Of a DNA stretch of 64,000 bases, positions 50,192 through 64,000 are shown piece by piece. Source of the stretch: the human T2T-CHM13v2.0 reference genome, Homo sapiens; NCBI RefSeq assembly GCF_009914755.1, contig NC_060933.1. The stretch is one strand, 5' to 3'. The notes below the pieces were generated by a model. The model saw nothing but the letters and a program-made list of their open reading frames with translations, made no database searches and was not told where the DNA came from. The stretch's first letter is position 1. Every line of letters starts with the position of its first letter. The position numbers were made by a program, and so were the translations under genes.

Positions 50192-50924
50192 AAAATGGCG
50201 TGTTTGTGCACTTGACTTTGTAACATGTTTTCCAAAGATGTCTTTGAGTCATAAAAATGGGAAATACACATGTTGGTTTCTCTAGTCATCACTTGACAAC
50301 TTACATGTTTTACCTTTCTTATGATGGTCTGTCTCATTTCTTCAGTGACAGGGCTAGACATTCTGTTTTAAACTCTTCCCACAGCTGTATATTATTCAAC
50401 ACAACTTTAACAGAGTTCATAGAGTGGAGATTGAGGATGTTTGCAAAGTTAAATCATTTATTTTTATTTTTTCTTAACCATGTCCCGCCTGCTTTATTCA
50501 TTATTAAGAACATTGATGTGAAGATTAAATGGTTTTCTCTATTTTTATCTTCAAACGATCTCTATTTGTGGCTTCTGCACATTGCTAGATTTATTCCAGC
50601 CACTTACACTAGGGTCATAGTTTAGCTTCAGCTCGGAGCCAAATGCCCCACAGCTGAAATGACCGCACCTCTGAAGTGGCATTTTCCCAGGCCATGCCTC
50701 CCTTTAATAATGAGCCAGCCAGGGGGTAAATTTGTATCTCATTACAACAGAGCCTTGTATTAGGCCTGGAGTATAATTAAATGTGAGGAATTATAATTGG
50801 TTCCCTCTTTGAAAGCTCTCTCAGCACCATGTCTACACTTAAGCCATTACTTTTATTTTTAATCTAATGGTTTGCCGCTCTCTCTCCCTCTTTCTCTCTC
50901 CAAATTAAATATCAACCATAAAAG

Positions 50925-51048
50925 AAACCAAGGAAGTCCAGAAATCTGTGGCTTTAAAAAGACTGGATCTCGAAAAGATTTTCACAAGACGCTTCCGAAA
51001 CAGACGTTTGAGTCGGAAACCTTGGAGTGCAGTGAACCCGCTGCTCAG
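50925..51048 (+). CDS. DOCK8: DOCK8 exon 5 (124 nt; [41 protein letters not shown])
   Basis: Acceptor ccataaaag|A and donor CAG|gtattt. Lies within ORF 50872..51126 and continues the frame. Confidence 0.95.
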
Positions 51049-51562
51049 GTATTTCCTGTCAACAAACATGGTTACCAGGTTACTGGGCTCTTCTGCCCAG
51101 GGCATGCTGTCAGTTTTACAAACTAGAATAAACGATAGACGCATAGAAAGTTTGAGTAGGAGGAACTTTACCATCTGAGTCAGTGATTTTTTTTTTCAAA
51201 CTTATTTGTAGCTGTAGAAATTGGTGTTCAAATGAAAACCCAGAAACCCAATGATTAAAATAGAAAAAAGTGGAAAAGCTCTAACTGCGGACAGAGACAC
51301 CTTGGGCCCATCCCTACGACAGTTCCTGCAGAGACTCTTGGTGCCCCTAAGGCAAACTACAGAGTAATGAAAAGCTCTATGCTGAGGCCAGAATACCTGC
51401 ATTCTCCTAGTGATTCTACCATGTACTAACTCTCTAACTTCAAGCAGGATAATTAAACTTATTGGGCTTCAGTTTCCTCCCCTGGGAAACAAGGATGGTA
51501 ATACTAACTCATGAGGTTATTTGAGTATTAAATGAGTTAATATCCATAAAGAATTAGAATAA

Positions 51563-51927
<365 letters not shown>

Positions 51928-52164
51928 AGTTGTCATTATTCTTATAAAGTAATTACAGTTTAAAATTCAAGTTAAAGTGTACATCTTGTGAAATGAACTT
52001 TTAACACTATTCTGTAACTAATTTTTTAAATGCCTGGGGTCATTTGAAGAACTCCAGCAAACACTCTAACAAATAGAAGACAGAAAGAAAGCAAGCCTTC
52101 ATTTGCATAAAACGGCCAAAGAACAATAGCCAAATAAATTCCATGTTTCCAAAAGTTAAGCTCT

Positions 52165-52398
52165 ATACACCTATGCTCACAGCAGCATTATTCACAGCAG
52201 CCAAAAAGTAGAAGCAGCCCAAGTATCCATCCATAATGAATGGATAAACAAAATGTGGTCGCCAGGGGCTGGGGGAGGGAGGAGTAGGAAGTTATTGTTT
52301 AATGGGTAGAGTTTCGGCATCCCAAGATGAACAGCATTATGGAGATGGATGCTGGTGATGGTTATACTGCAGTGTGAATGTGTTTAACACTACTGAGC
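52165..52398 (+). mobile_element. L1MB-like fragment
   Basis: cacagcagcattattcacagcagccaaaa...gatggttatac...tgtgaatgtgtttaa. Confidence 0.7.
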
Positions 52399-52958
52399 TG
52401 TCCAACCTGCCCATTTTATAGATGAGAAAAATAAAATTGAGAAGAAAAAATTTGTTCAAGTTTGCACAGAACTTCTTGTAAACTAATATAGTTTTCAGCT
52501 TCCATGTGTCTTCATAATACAGGAATCTCACCATGCTGGAAATGATTCGAGGTTTTTAAATAATACTAATTTTTCAGACAAGGTGGTCCCCCTAAAGCAA
52601 AGCCCACTACTTACTTGGAGCTTCACAGTAGAATCAGCCATCATTTCCAGCGCTAAATATGACAGGCTTACTGAGGGATAGAATACCTGGATGCTCTGCT
52701 CTATGGGAGATTTAAGGAATTTTTCATCAGTAATTTTGACTGAATTCCATTTTCACCCTACATGCTGACCAATTAAATTGTTCCTCTTAATGTTAGTCAG
52801 ATAGAAGCCACGGTAGGTATTTCAGCAGAAGAAATTTAACACAGGGAATTGATTAAACCGGTTTTGGAGGTCTGAGAGAACCAAAAGGGAAAAATGGAGG
52901 CTATCCTAAAATCGTCATTATGGGAAACAGCACACCAGCCTGGGGCTGGGGTATACGG

Positions 52959-53142
52959 CAGTGGTTCTCCACTTCAGCTTCATCAGAATCTCCCAGAGGG
53001 TTTGTTCAAATATAGGTTGCTGGGCCCTGTCTGCTGGAATTTCTGATTCAGTAGGTCTGGAGGGTGAACCTCATACTTTTTAATTAGCATTTCCTAAGTG
53101 ATGCTGATGCTGCTGGTCCCAGGACCACAATTTGAGGACTGC
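52959..53142. mobile_element. MER5A, probably within an old MLT1-like LTR (about 52790-53600)
   Basis: cagtggttctc...tttctgattcagtaggtctgg...gatgctgatgctgctggtcc. Confidence 0.75.
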
Positions 53143-53570
53143 AGGTCTAGGGGAAGATCTTGGAGTTGTCAGAACGTAGAAGCTCAGAAGAGGAGCCTGA
53201 GAGCAAGGACTGAAATCCCTGAGAAGGTACTGCCCAGCTGGTGGTGTTATCTCAAGATCTCAGGGGGAAAAACCTCATGAAGCCTGGACTCACGCCTCAC
53301 AGGAGGAGAAATTGCCCGGCTGGTGCTGGTACCTTCAAGGAGGTAAGATAAGGGTGATTCTGGAAGTACCAAAAGAACCTGAAGGCTAGAACCAGCTGTC
53401 ACTACGAAGGTGAGAGGAATAGCAAGAGGAAGGAGCCAGGCCCTTTGACCTCCTTGAACCATCCGGTAACCCTGTAGCGCTCCCTATTGACAGAACCTAA
53501 AGGGAGCAGCAGACACAGCGGAAATATGATTTGCTGACCCAGCATCAAAGAACAAGGCATAAAAGGGTGA

Positions 53571-53992
<422 letters not shown>

Positions 53993-54004
53993 TAAGAGCC
54001 AACT

Positions 54005-54675
54005 TGATCATATGATCCAGCAGTCTCACTACTAGATATATGTCCAGAGGAAAGGATATCAGTATATCAAAGAGACATCTGCACTCCCATGTTTATTGCA
54101 GCACTATTCACAGTAACCAAGACGTGGACTCAACCTAAGTATCCATCAGCAGAAGAATGGATAAAGAAAATGTGGTATGTATACACGATAGAATACTATT
54201 CAGCCATAAAAAATGAAGTCCTGTCATTTGCATCAACATGGATGAGTCTAGAGGATAAGTGAAATAAGCCAAGCACAGTAAGACTAATACTGCATGATCT
54301 CACTTATATGTGGAAGATAAATAAGTTGATCTCATAGAAGTAGAGGGTAGAAGTGGTAACTAGATGCTGGGAAGGATGGATGGAGAAGGGAATAGAGAGG
54401 TTGGTTAACGGTTACAAAATTATAGCTAGATAGGAGGAATAAGTTCTAGTATTTGATAGTACTGTAAGGTGACTAGAATTAATAATAATTTATTCTGTGT
54501 TTCCAAATAGCTAGAAGAAAGGATTTTGAATGTTCCCAACACAAAGAAATGATAATTGAGGCAATGGGTACACTAATTACCCTGATTTGATCATTACACA
54601 TTGTACACAGGTATTGAGATATTACACTGTATTCCATAAATAGGTACAACTATTATGTGTCTATTAAATTTTTTT
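54005..54675 (+). mobile_element. L1MA 3' fragment
   Basis: catctgcactcccatgtttattgcagcactattcaca...ttaccctgatttgatcattacacattgta; TSD aagagccaa. Confidence 0.88.
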
Positions 54676-54984
54676 AAAGAGCCAAATTGTACAAAAGTTG
54701 TTTGTTTTGAAATATTGGAATAATACTCATCATGGAGAGAATCTCAGACTGCGAGATGACAGCAATGTTTTCAATTCCACTCTCATTCTTGTGCACCTTC
54801 TTATTGAGTAGAATGGTGAGGCCACATAGCTAGATTTATAAAATTTAAACAAGTATATGATAAGATTCCTTGGTACACGTAGATTTTATAAAAATTAGAT
54901 TATATTATGCATAATATTGCAAAACTTCCTTTTTCATATTAGCAATATACTGTGATTATCTTTCTCTTCCAATTAATACGTGTT

Positions 54985-55277
<293 letters not shown>

Positions 55278-56216
55278 AGGTTCTTTCTTTTAATGGCTAC
55301 ATAACATTCTATTTTATGAAAGTTCCAAAATCTCTTAACACTTCCTTTTTGGGGGCATTTAGTTTACTTCTATTGTTTTGCTATCACGAACAGTGTTTCA
55401 GAGATGCCCTTGCCCTCACATTCTTGCACACTTGCCAGTTATACCCTACGGATAAATTCTTAGAAGTGAAATTTCTAGATTAAGGGATGAGTAATGTTAG
55501 ATTTTTTTACTTATATGTATCTTGATATCCTTTTAAATAAATTTGGGAAATTAAAGTCATTTTCCTTAAACTCTTATAAATTTTAAGAAAAACAAAAGTA
55601 TTAATAATCGAAGTGTTAATATTGATTATTTCTAGCACATTCAGTTTGGGGAAAATTTATGATCTAGTAGAGTAGTACTTTTGTGAGGTAGATGTCACAA
55701 AAAATGTGTAGTATGGAGAAATTGTCCAGTAGTATGTCCATTTAGTAGAATTTTGAGAATAACATTTTGCCATAAATTTTATAGATATTTACCATTAATC
55801 CATTTGTAGTCCTACAACATATAGTTGATTACAGTTATACATTTTTTGCTGAGTCTTTGGTTCAAAGCATGCAGTTCCCAATTACAAAGACATTCCTAAT
55901 GGAATAAAACATCCACTTTGTGACTGATTTAAGGTTGTTTTCTTAAAGCACACCGCAGCCAAAAGTGGACACAGCTTGAATAGCAAATTTTTTCCTTTTT
56001 GTTGTTGTTGCTTCATCCAATAACTGTTACCAAATTCCCGTAGAAAAGTGTTGCCCACTCCCACATCGACCTTTGGAAGCATAACATTCAGCTTTGGTGT
56101 CTATACACAATTTAATTTGGAAGGCTCCTCACAAATCATCTTATTTTCCAGTTTCAAAAACCAAGTTCTGAGTGGAGATTAAGACAGGGTCTCTTTATTT
56201 CCCAGTGCAGTCTCCT

Positions 56217-57873
<1,657 letters not shown>

Positions 57874-58275
57874 CAGTCTCCTTTTTGTTACAACTTCCTC
57901 CAGCTCTGTTTTGCTCTGGTGTGAGACATGAGCATGGTTCATTAAGAGGCTTGGCCCCCCCAGCCCCAGGAAAGAACAAGCCAACAACCGATAGGAATGT
58001 AGTACTGTTTTTAGTCCTTTCCTCAGGACTGGTTTGTCTGCATAAGATGAGTAACTACCTGCTTCCAGGTGAGAAGAAGACATTTAATTTTAGAGTAGTC
58101 CAGCCAGGAAGCTGAGATGTCATTCTTATCAAATCCGCAGTTTCTTCAGAAGACTTGAGGCCTGGCTGAGATTCTGTAGTCCCAAATTGGAGCAGTCTTG
58201 AGACATCCAAGATTCTTCGGTTCTCATTTTAGACTTGCCGTCTCTCTCACAAAGACCCACTGTTTTCTCTCACAG

Positions 58276-58488
58276 GCAGGCCCCCGCCACTTAAACGTGC
58301 TGTGCGACGTGTCTGGGAAAGGCCCCGTCACTGCCTGTGACTTTGACCTCCGCAGCCTGCAGCCTGACAAGCGGCTAGAAAACCTCCTGCAGCAAGTGAG
58401 TGCCGAGGACTTTGAGAAGCAGAACGAGGAGGCCCGGAGGACCAATAGGCAGGCCGAGCTCTTTGCCCTTTACCCATCAGTGGACGAG
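58276..58488 (+). CDS. DOCK8: DOCK8 exon 6 (213 nt; [12 protein letters not shown]...[11 protein letters not shown])
   Basis: Acceptor tgttttctctcacag| and donor GAG|gtgggt. Lies within ORF 58198..58824. Phase 0-0. Confidence 0.96.
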
Positions 58489-59849
58489 GTGGGTGCCACT
58501 GTTTCCATACTGGAGAATCTCAGTGAAGACTCTGAGAGTCATGTGGACAATTGTGTTGTTCATTATTACTATATAGCAGCCCATGGTGTCAGGGCTCACT
58601 TGTATGATTTCTGGGGCCTCGTTTTTCACTCAGGCAAGCCTGTGTGTCATAGCAGAGCCATTATTGATTATCACACAGATGGGATTCTGATAATAATAAC
58701 AACTGGAATTTTCATAGCACTTTACAAAATATGTTCACTAAGAGCATCTCATTTAATCCCCAAATGTTTCAAGGGTCTACATGTAGTAATCACACCCAGC
58801 AAGTCAAACCATCCTATTATTTGAGGGGATGTGTGGTCACTAATCCATTGAGACATACATTACTTAAACTTTGATGTTCTTTAGTGCTTTGTTACTTTCT
58901 TTTTAATGGTCTCTATGAGCAACCAGAGAGACCTGCTTTGAAAACATTTCAGGCTAGGATAATCACAGCCCATGCTCCCAATGTATAGAACTTTGGGATC
59001 TTGATTGTTTACTTCTTCATTTATTGGAGCTGACTGACAACAATAGGATAATGTAGACTTTGCCTGTGGTCACTGCCTGAGGCACTTTGGATGAAATGAG
59101 AGGTGACGATTATTCAAGCCTTTTGTCTGTTTGAACTCCTTATACTGTATAGGAGGCTCTCAGTTTTCCCCTCTGCGTGAGGTTATCTACACTTCTGGGT
59201 CTTGCCAGAACAGATTACTGCTATATCTCTGCTGTCCAAATGGTATTGAAAGTTCAGTTGGAAGAAACAGGATTTGAGGAAACTGCATAAAAGATATTCT
59301 ATCCATCCATGCCTCTAAATATTTGAAATTCGATCCTTGGATTAAGTGAGACAATCAGAGAGCCTGATACCCCCACCCTTCTGGATTGTGTTTGCTAACC
59401 TGCCCTTCAGTGAGCTCACGACTGGTCAGCAAGGAGGACAATAAAGGAAACAGCAGTCATGAGATAGGATATCACGTCCACATGGAAATACTATTGTTGA
59501 CATTGACCTACTCACCATCTAGCACCTTCCTCTTTGATGATCTAAAGGGCAATTAGCCTTCACATCTTCCGAGAAAGAAGAAGCACGCTTCTGCTGAGAT
59601 AATACAAACACTTAGAGATTGTGCTCATTTTGTAACTAACTCTCTTAAGTTCTTTACTTAGAGCAAACTTCTGTCCACCTTCACCAAATGTGGCAACTTA
59701 ATGATTGGGGTCCTGAATTTACTCCAGCTTTCTTTTCTTTTCTTATCCTGATTTTCTAAGCACCTTGGTTTCCTCATCTATTTTTATTTTATTTGCAGTT
59801 TTTGTCAGCAGCCTCAAATGGTCTTCTGAATGAGGCAGAATATAAAAAT

Positions 59850-60280
59850 AAATTATCTCACTTATATATAGAATCTAAAAAAGTGGATCTCATAGAAACA
59901 GAGTAGAAAGGTGGTTATAGCAGGGGCTGTGGGGAGAGGGAGAAGGTGTTGGTCAAAGGCCACAAAGTCTCAGGCGGGAGGAATACGTTTTAGTGACCTA
60001 TCGCACTGCACAGTGACCAGAGTTAATAATAATGTGTTACATATTTCAAAACTGCTTTAAAAAAGGATTTTTAATGTTCTCATCACACACACACAAAAGG
60101 TAAGTTGGTGAGGTGATAGATATGTTAATTAGCTTGATTTAATCTTTCTACAATGTATGCATAGATCAAAACATTACTTGATTTAATCTTTATACGATGT
60201 ATACATAGATCAAAACATGACACTGTACCCCATAGATGTTCACAATTACTACTTGTCAATTAAAAAATAAATTAATAAAG
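59850..60280 (+). mobile_element. L1MA 3' fragment
   Basis: atctcacttatatatagaatctaaaaa...gaggtgatagatatgttaattagcttgattt. Confidence 0.82.
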
Positions 60281-63200
60281 TATGAATAATGTGAGCAATA
60301 TCATCATCTCCTTTCCTCAGATTAAAAAGCAACAATTAGGCTAAAGAGCTTTTTCAAGATTCAACAGATAAATTAAATTACAAAATGGGGCCCTAACCCG
60401 CTAACTACAAAGTTCGTGTTCCCTTGTTTATGTATCTACATGCATATGACTACCTGGTATGTTGGGACACATAACTGAAATCCAAATATGATATTTTTAA
60501 ATATCATGTAACTTTTTAGTTTCCATCCACGACATTAAGACTTTTTACCAGATTTGTCAAAACATATTAAATCAGACTGATTTGGCCTTTACTTTCCTTC
60601 CTCTTCCTCTCAGTTCTGTGATGGAGATGCCAACATGTAATAGAGGGACCCAAAGTGGATGCCAGAAGAGAGAGAACAATTAAAGGATGCAGAGAATATG
60701 TCCAGTGAGACGTTTGCTTGTCAGTGTCTCCCTGGTGGTATTAGAGGGGAGAATGTTCCATCTGAACAGATTAAAATAATGAAACGTAGCCTGGTTTTAG
60801 AGGAACTTTGTTTTATGATCTTTGAAACAATGCAGACGCTCCATTGGGACTGAATGTTATAATCTGGGAGCAGGCCTAATGGGGCCTGCTTTTATTGAGT
60901 AGAGAGAAGTGCTTTGTAATTAGTGTTGCAGTTATTTGTAAACTGGCGTGTCTAAAATGCTTGAGGGCCTCTATACCAGCCCTTTAATATTTTGAAGCTG
61001 TTGTCACAGAAATTGCATTTGTATTTATAATTTGTGCTTTCTCCAAAGAAAGTTCTATGGAAGAAAGGTAAATTTCTGCCTACTCTGACATGATTACAAA
61101 TGCTGGTTTTTTCGATGACACAATCAGATTTTTAAATATATCATTACTTGATTTCCCTGTAAGGAAAGTTAGAAGAGAGGTAAACTAGTATATCCAAGTT
61201 ATGGCTGAGTCTACAGGAGAAGCAAAAGTTGGACTTAACCACCAAGCTTCTATAAGGCAAGTTCTTTCCCTAATTCATTCTGAGTCTACAAAAGGCGGTT
61301 ATTCTACAAAAGGCATTCTATGTCAATCCCTAAGAAAGATTCCACTGATACTCCAAATTATAGAAAAGTTTGCTGAGGCTGTTGGTTACAAGTGACAGAA
61401 CCCAACTAAAACCAATTCAGAAAAAAAGGCTAGGGGAGTACTTCTTGGCTCACCTAAGAAAATCACAGGTAGGCAAATGTGGAGTTGACCTCTGGATCCA
61501 TTGGGAGAGTAAATGAAAGAATATCATCTCTCTCATACTGTCTCTTTCTCTCTCATTATCTCTTTCATTCCGTTCATTTATATATATTTTTAGGATGATG
61601 AAAACAAGAGGTATCCATTAATGTTTCACATTTCCACTTTCTGTTTGCTTGGGAATTAGTTGCCATTTCAGTTAGCTATAAAGCCTGAGGAAATTCATAT
61701 AGCTTAGAAGAGACTGAGGAAATATATCACCCAAATGTCATATGTGGACCTTGTTTGGATCTTGATTTAACAAAATAACAGTAAAAACAAATTGAGACAG
61801 TCAGGGAAATTTGAAACTGACAAAAATTATTTAGTGGCAATAAGAAATTATTAATTTTTAGGCATAATGGTATTGCTGTATGTTTTTAAAAGTCTTTATC
61901 TTTTAAAGATATGTACTGAAATATTTATATATGTATATGGTCTCTGGGAAGTTGCTTCTATGTAATCCAGTATTGAGCGAGAAAGGTGGTAAGTGGGTAA
62001 ATAGATGAAACCAGAATGCCCCTGAATTGAACTTGTTGAAGCTAGATGATGGGTGAATGGTTCTTCATTGCATTGCTCTCTCAACTTTTGTGTATGTTTA
62101 AAATTTTCCCAATGAAAATCTTTTTTAAAAGGATTTCAAAAATTAGAATCTAGACCAAAGGCAGTCCCAGAAATCCATGAGTGTCTCTACCTTCAGGTTG
62201 TTTTCCAGTTAGGGAGATCTTCCCTTTAGATATGTCTGTTCCAATGATCCTAAAAGGTCCAGATTGCCCTGAGCGAGTAGGCATCAAAACAATGTCTCCT
62301 CTGAAATAAACTCAGCCATTCCACCCAGCAACATGGCCAACCGCCGTAACCACAAGGAATGGGGACCACAGGGAGAGGTTGGAGTAATGATGAGCTTACC
62401 ACATTGATCATTCCATCAAAGTGGGTACATATTTACCAGGAAGGTGACTTTACTGCTATTTGCAAGAATGTTAAGCTTGCTGTGGGGTATTCACTGGAAA
62501 GCTCCCAGGAAAAGACAGTGAGATGTGACCCTGTTCTTTGGACCCTTGCGATGGGCAGAGCACTCACCAGTGTTTGGAAAGCATACTGCAAGAGTGGGAA
62601 TTACTGTTTTCAAGGATTTGCACTACTTATTTTTGCATACATGAATATAATTAACATAGAATGATAGTTCAGATACAGATGTTAAGGTTACAATAGGGGC
62701 TTGATATTTCTCTTTAAGTGTTTAGTTTCTGTGCGGTAAAATAAACAGGTAGAGCTCTTAATTTGTCATTACTAAATTTCATATACCTAGCACTTTAGGA
62801 AGCTCTAACTGCATAAGCCTGTCTAGAACTTGTCAATTCAACCCCAAGTCTCTATCATCTGTTTAAGAAAACAGTGAACTGAGAAAGTGACTCTGTATTA
62901 TAGGATCAATGGTTTACAGCCTTAAGTGAACCATTCTGACTCAGATTTCAAATCTGAAACTCACATACTTACTAGTAAAGCCCTTGACAGGAGAAATATT
63001 GCAAATGTGTAATTAGAGTGGGCAAAAAACACACAAAAACATCAACAATAGGTATAAGATTTTGCAATGCCATCTGGTGGATGTTACTAAGCCATATCCA
63101 TGTTCACATTTCCTTCCTTCCTGCTTCAGTCTCTTTGTCTTGAATGCTTGGGTTTCTAAAAGGAGAAACTGTTTTGCTGCAAATGCTGGCTTTGAGGTTG

Positions 63201-63364
63201 GGGGTTGGAAGAGAAACTTTCTTATAAAAGGCAGAGTGTTAGAAAAAAAGCAAATCTAAGTTAACTTGAGCCGTGGAGGGTAGCCTTCCCTTCCCTGGGT
63301 TAACTCTAATTGGAGCTCCCCACAGAATTCACTAATGATTTCCTTACGATGTGATTAAAAATAG

Positions 63365-63450
63365 GAGGATGCTGTGGAAATACGTCCAGTACCAGAATGT
63401 CCCAAGGAACACCTGGGCAACAGAATATTGGTCAAGTTGCTGACCTTGAA
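63365..63450 (+). CDS. DOCK8: DOCK8 exon 7 (86 nt; EDAVEIRPVPECPKEHLGNRILVKLLTLK)
   Basis: Acceptor aaaaatag|GAG and donor AA|gtaagt. Translation continues the recalled DOCK8 protein. Confidence 0.95.
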
Positions 63451-63746
63451 GTAAGTATCAACAAACACACTGCCACCGCTTTGAGATTTATCTTGCCTTT
63501 TACATACAAATGTTGTGTTTATTATCAGAGCTTGAATCAAAGCGGAGCTCCCAAAATACGTCTAACAGTGGGCAGCTGTGGAGTAGTAGAAAGGGCACGT
63601 TTGAGTCCATTCCTGGATTTTTTTTCTACCAACTTCTTGATGGTCATTCTTCTACAATAGAGAAGGCAAACACACGTGTCTACTAAAGTTAGGCAGGTAA
63701 GGTCATTGAGTGAAATGACCTACATTAAGAAAAATAGCGCTTAAGT

Positions 63747-63947
63747 CAGTGGTGTGCTGGAGTCGACTGTACTAACTCGTGAGATCTGACAGTGCATATC
63801 TCTTCCTGGGTTCGGTGAAGTCACATTGGTAACTTTAAATTGGCCATGGCGAAAGTATTTACAATGTAGAAATCAGCCAATGCTACACGTTTGCACCACC
63901 CTCAGCACCCGGAGATTATTTGTAAAACATTTACCAGTATGCCACTG
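63747..63947. mobile_element. MER63-like hAT MITE
   Basis: Terminal inverted repeats cagtggtgtgctgg...ccagtatgccactg. Confidence 0.75.
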
Positions 63948-64000
63948 TTGAAACACAATGATAAATGCAACTGAAACTCAGTGCCAGGGGACAATAGGGA

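Noticed and set aside
58273-58279. Tandem acceptor cagGCAG (+4) at exon 6
   Set aside because: It would shift the frame, the proximal CAG follows a good tract, and nothing in the sequence supports its use

Overview
Human (AluYa5-bearing) genomic DNA from the 5' part of DOCK8 on the + strand, running from the 3' end of intron 1 to the start of intron 7. Six coding exons are present (exons 2-7; 103, 176, 72, 124, 213 and 86 nt). They have GT-AG boundaries and splice in frame to give YSSAEIRKQ...RILVKLLTL; the exon numbering and the protein reference come from my recall of DOCK8. The rest is intron, dense in Alu, L1, L2, MIR, LTR and DNA-transposon remnants; most other ORFs in the track are repeat-derived. 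Most notable: (1) an internal ETS/YY1 promoter and short non-coding first exon in intron 2, whose transcript would carry a 12-codon uORF with its stop overlapping Met69 (TGATG); (2) an AluJ split by a 1.3 kb Alu-bounded cassette that appears to carry older LTR sequence; (3) a ~200 bp diverged direct repeat bracketing exon 5; (4) an Alu orientation switch that favours an exon 2-4 circle with a stop-free 351-nt ORF; (5) a young AluYa5; (6) a sense L1 with a short 3' transduction and clustered poly(A) signals upstream of an atypical exon 5 acceptor; (7) a Thr97 allele. I found no wholly new gene or system. Repeat boundaries and subfamily calls are by eye and approximate.
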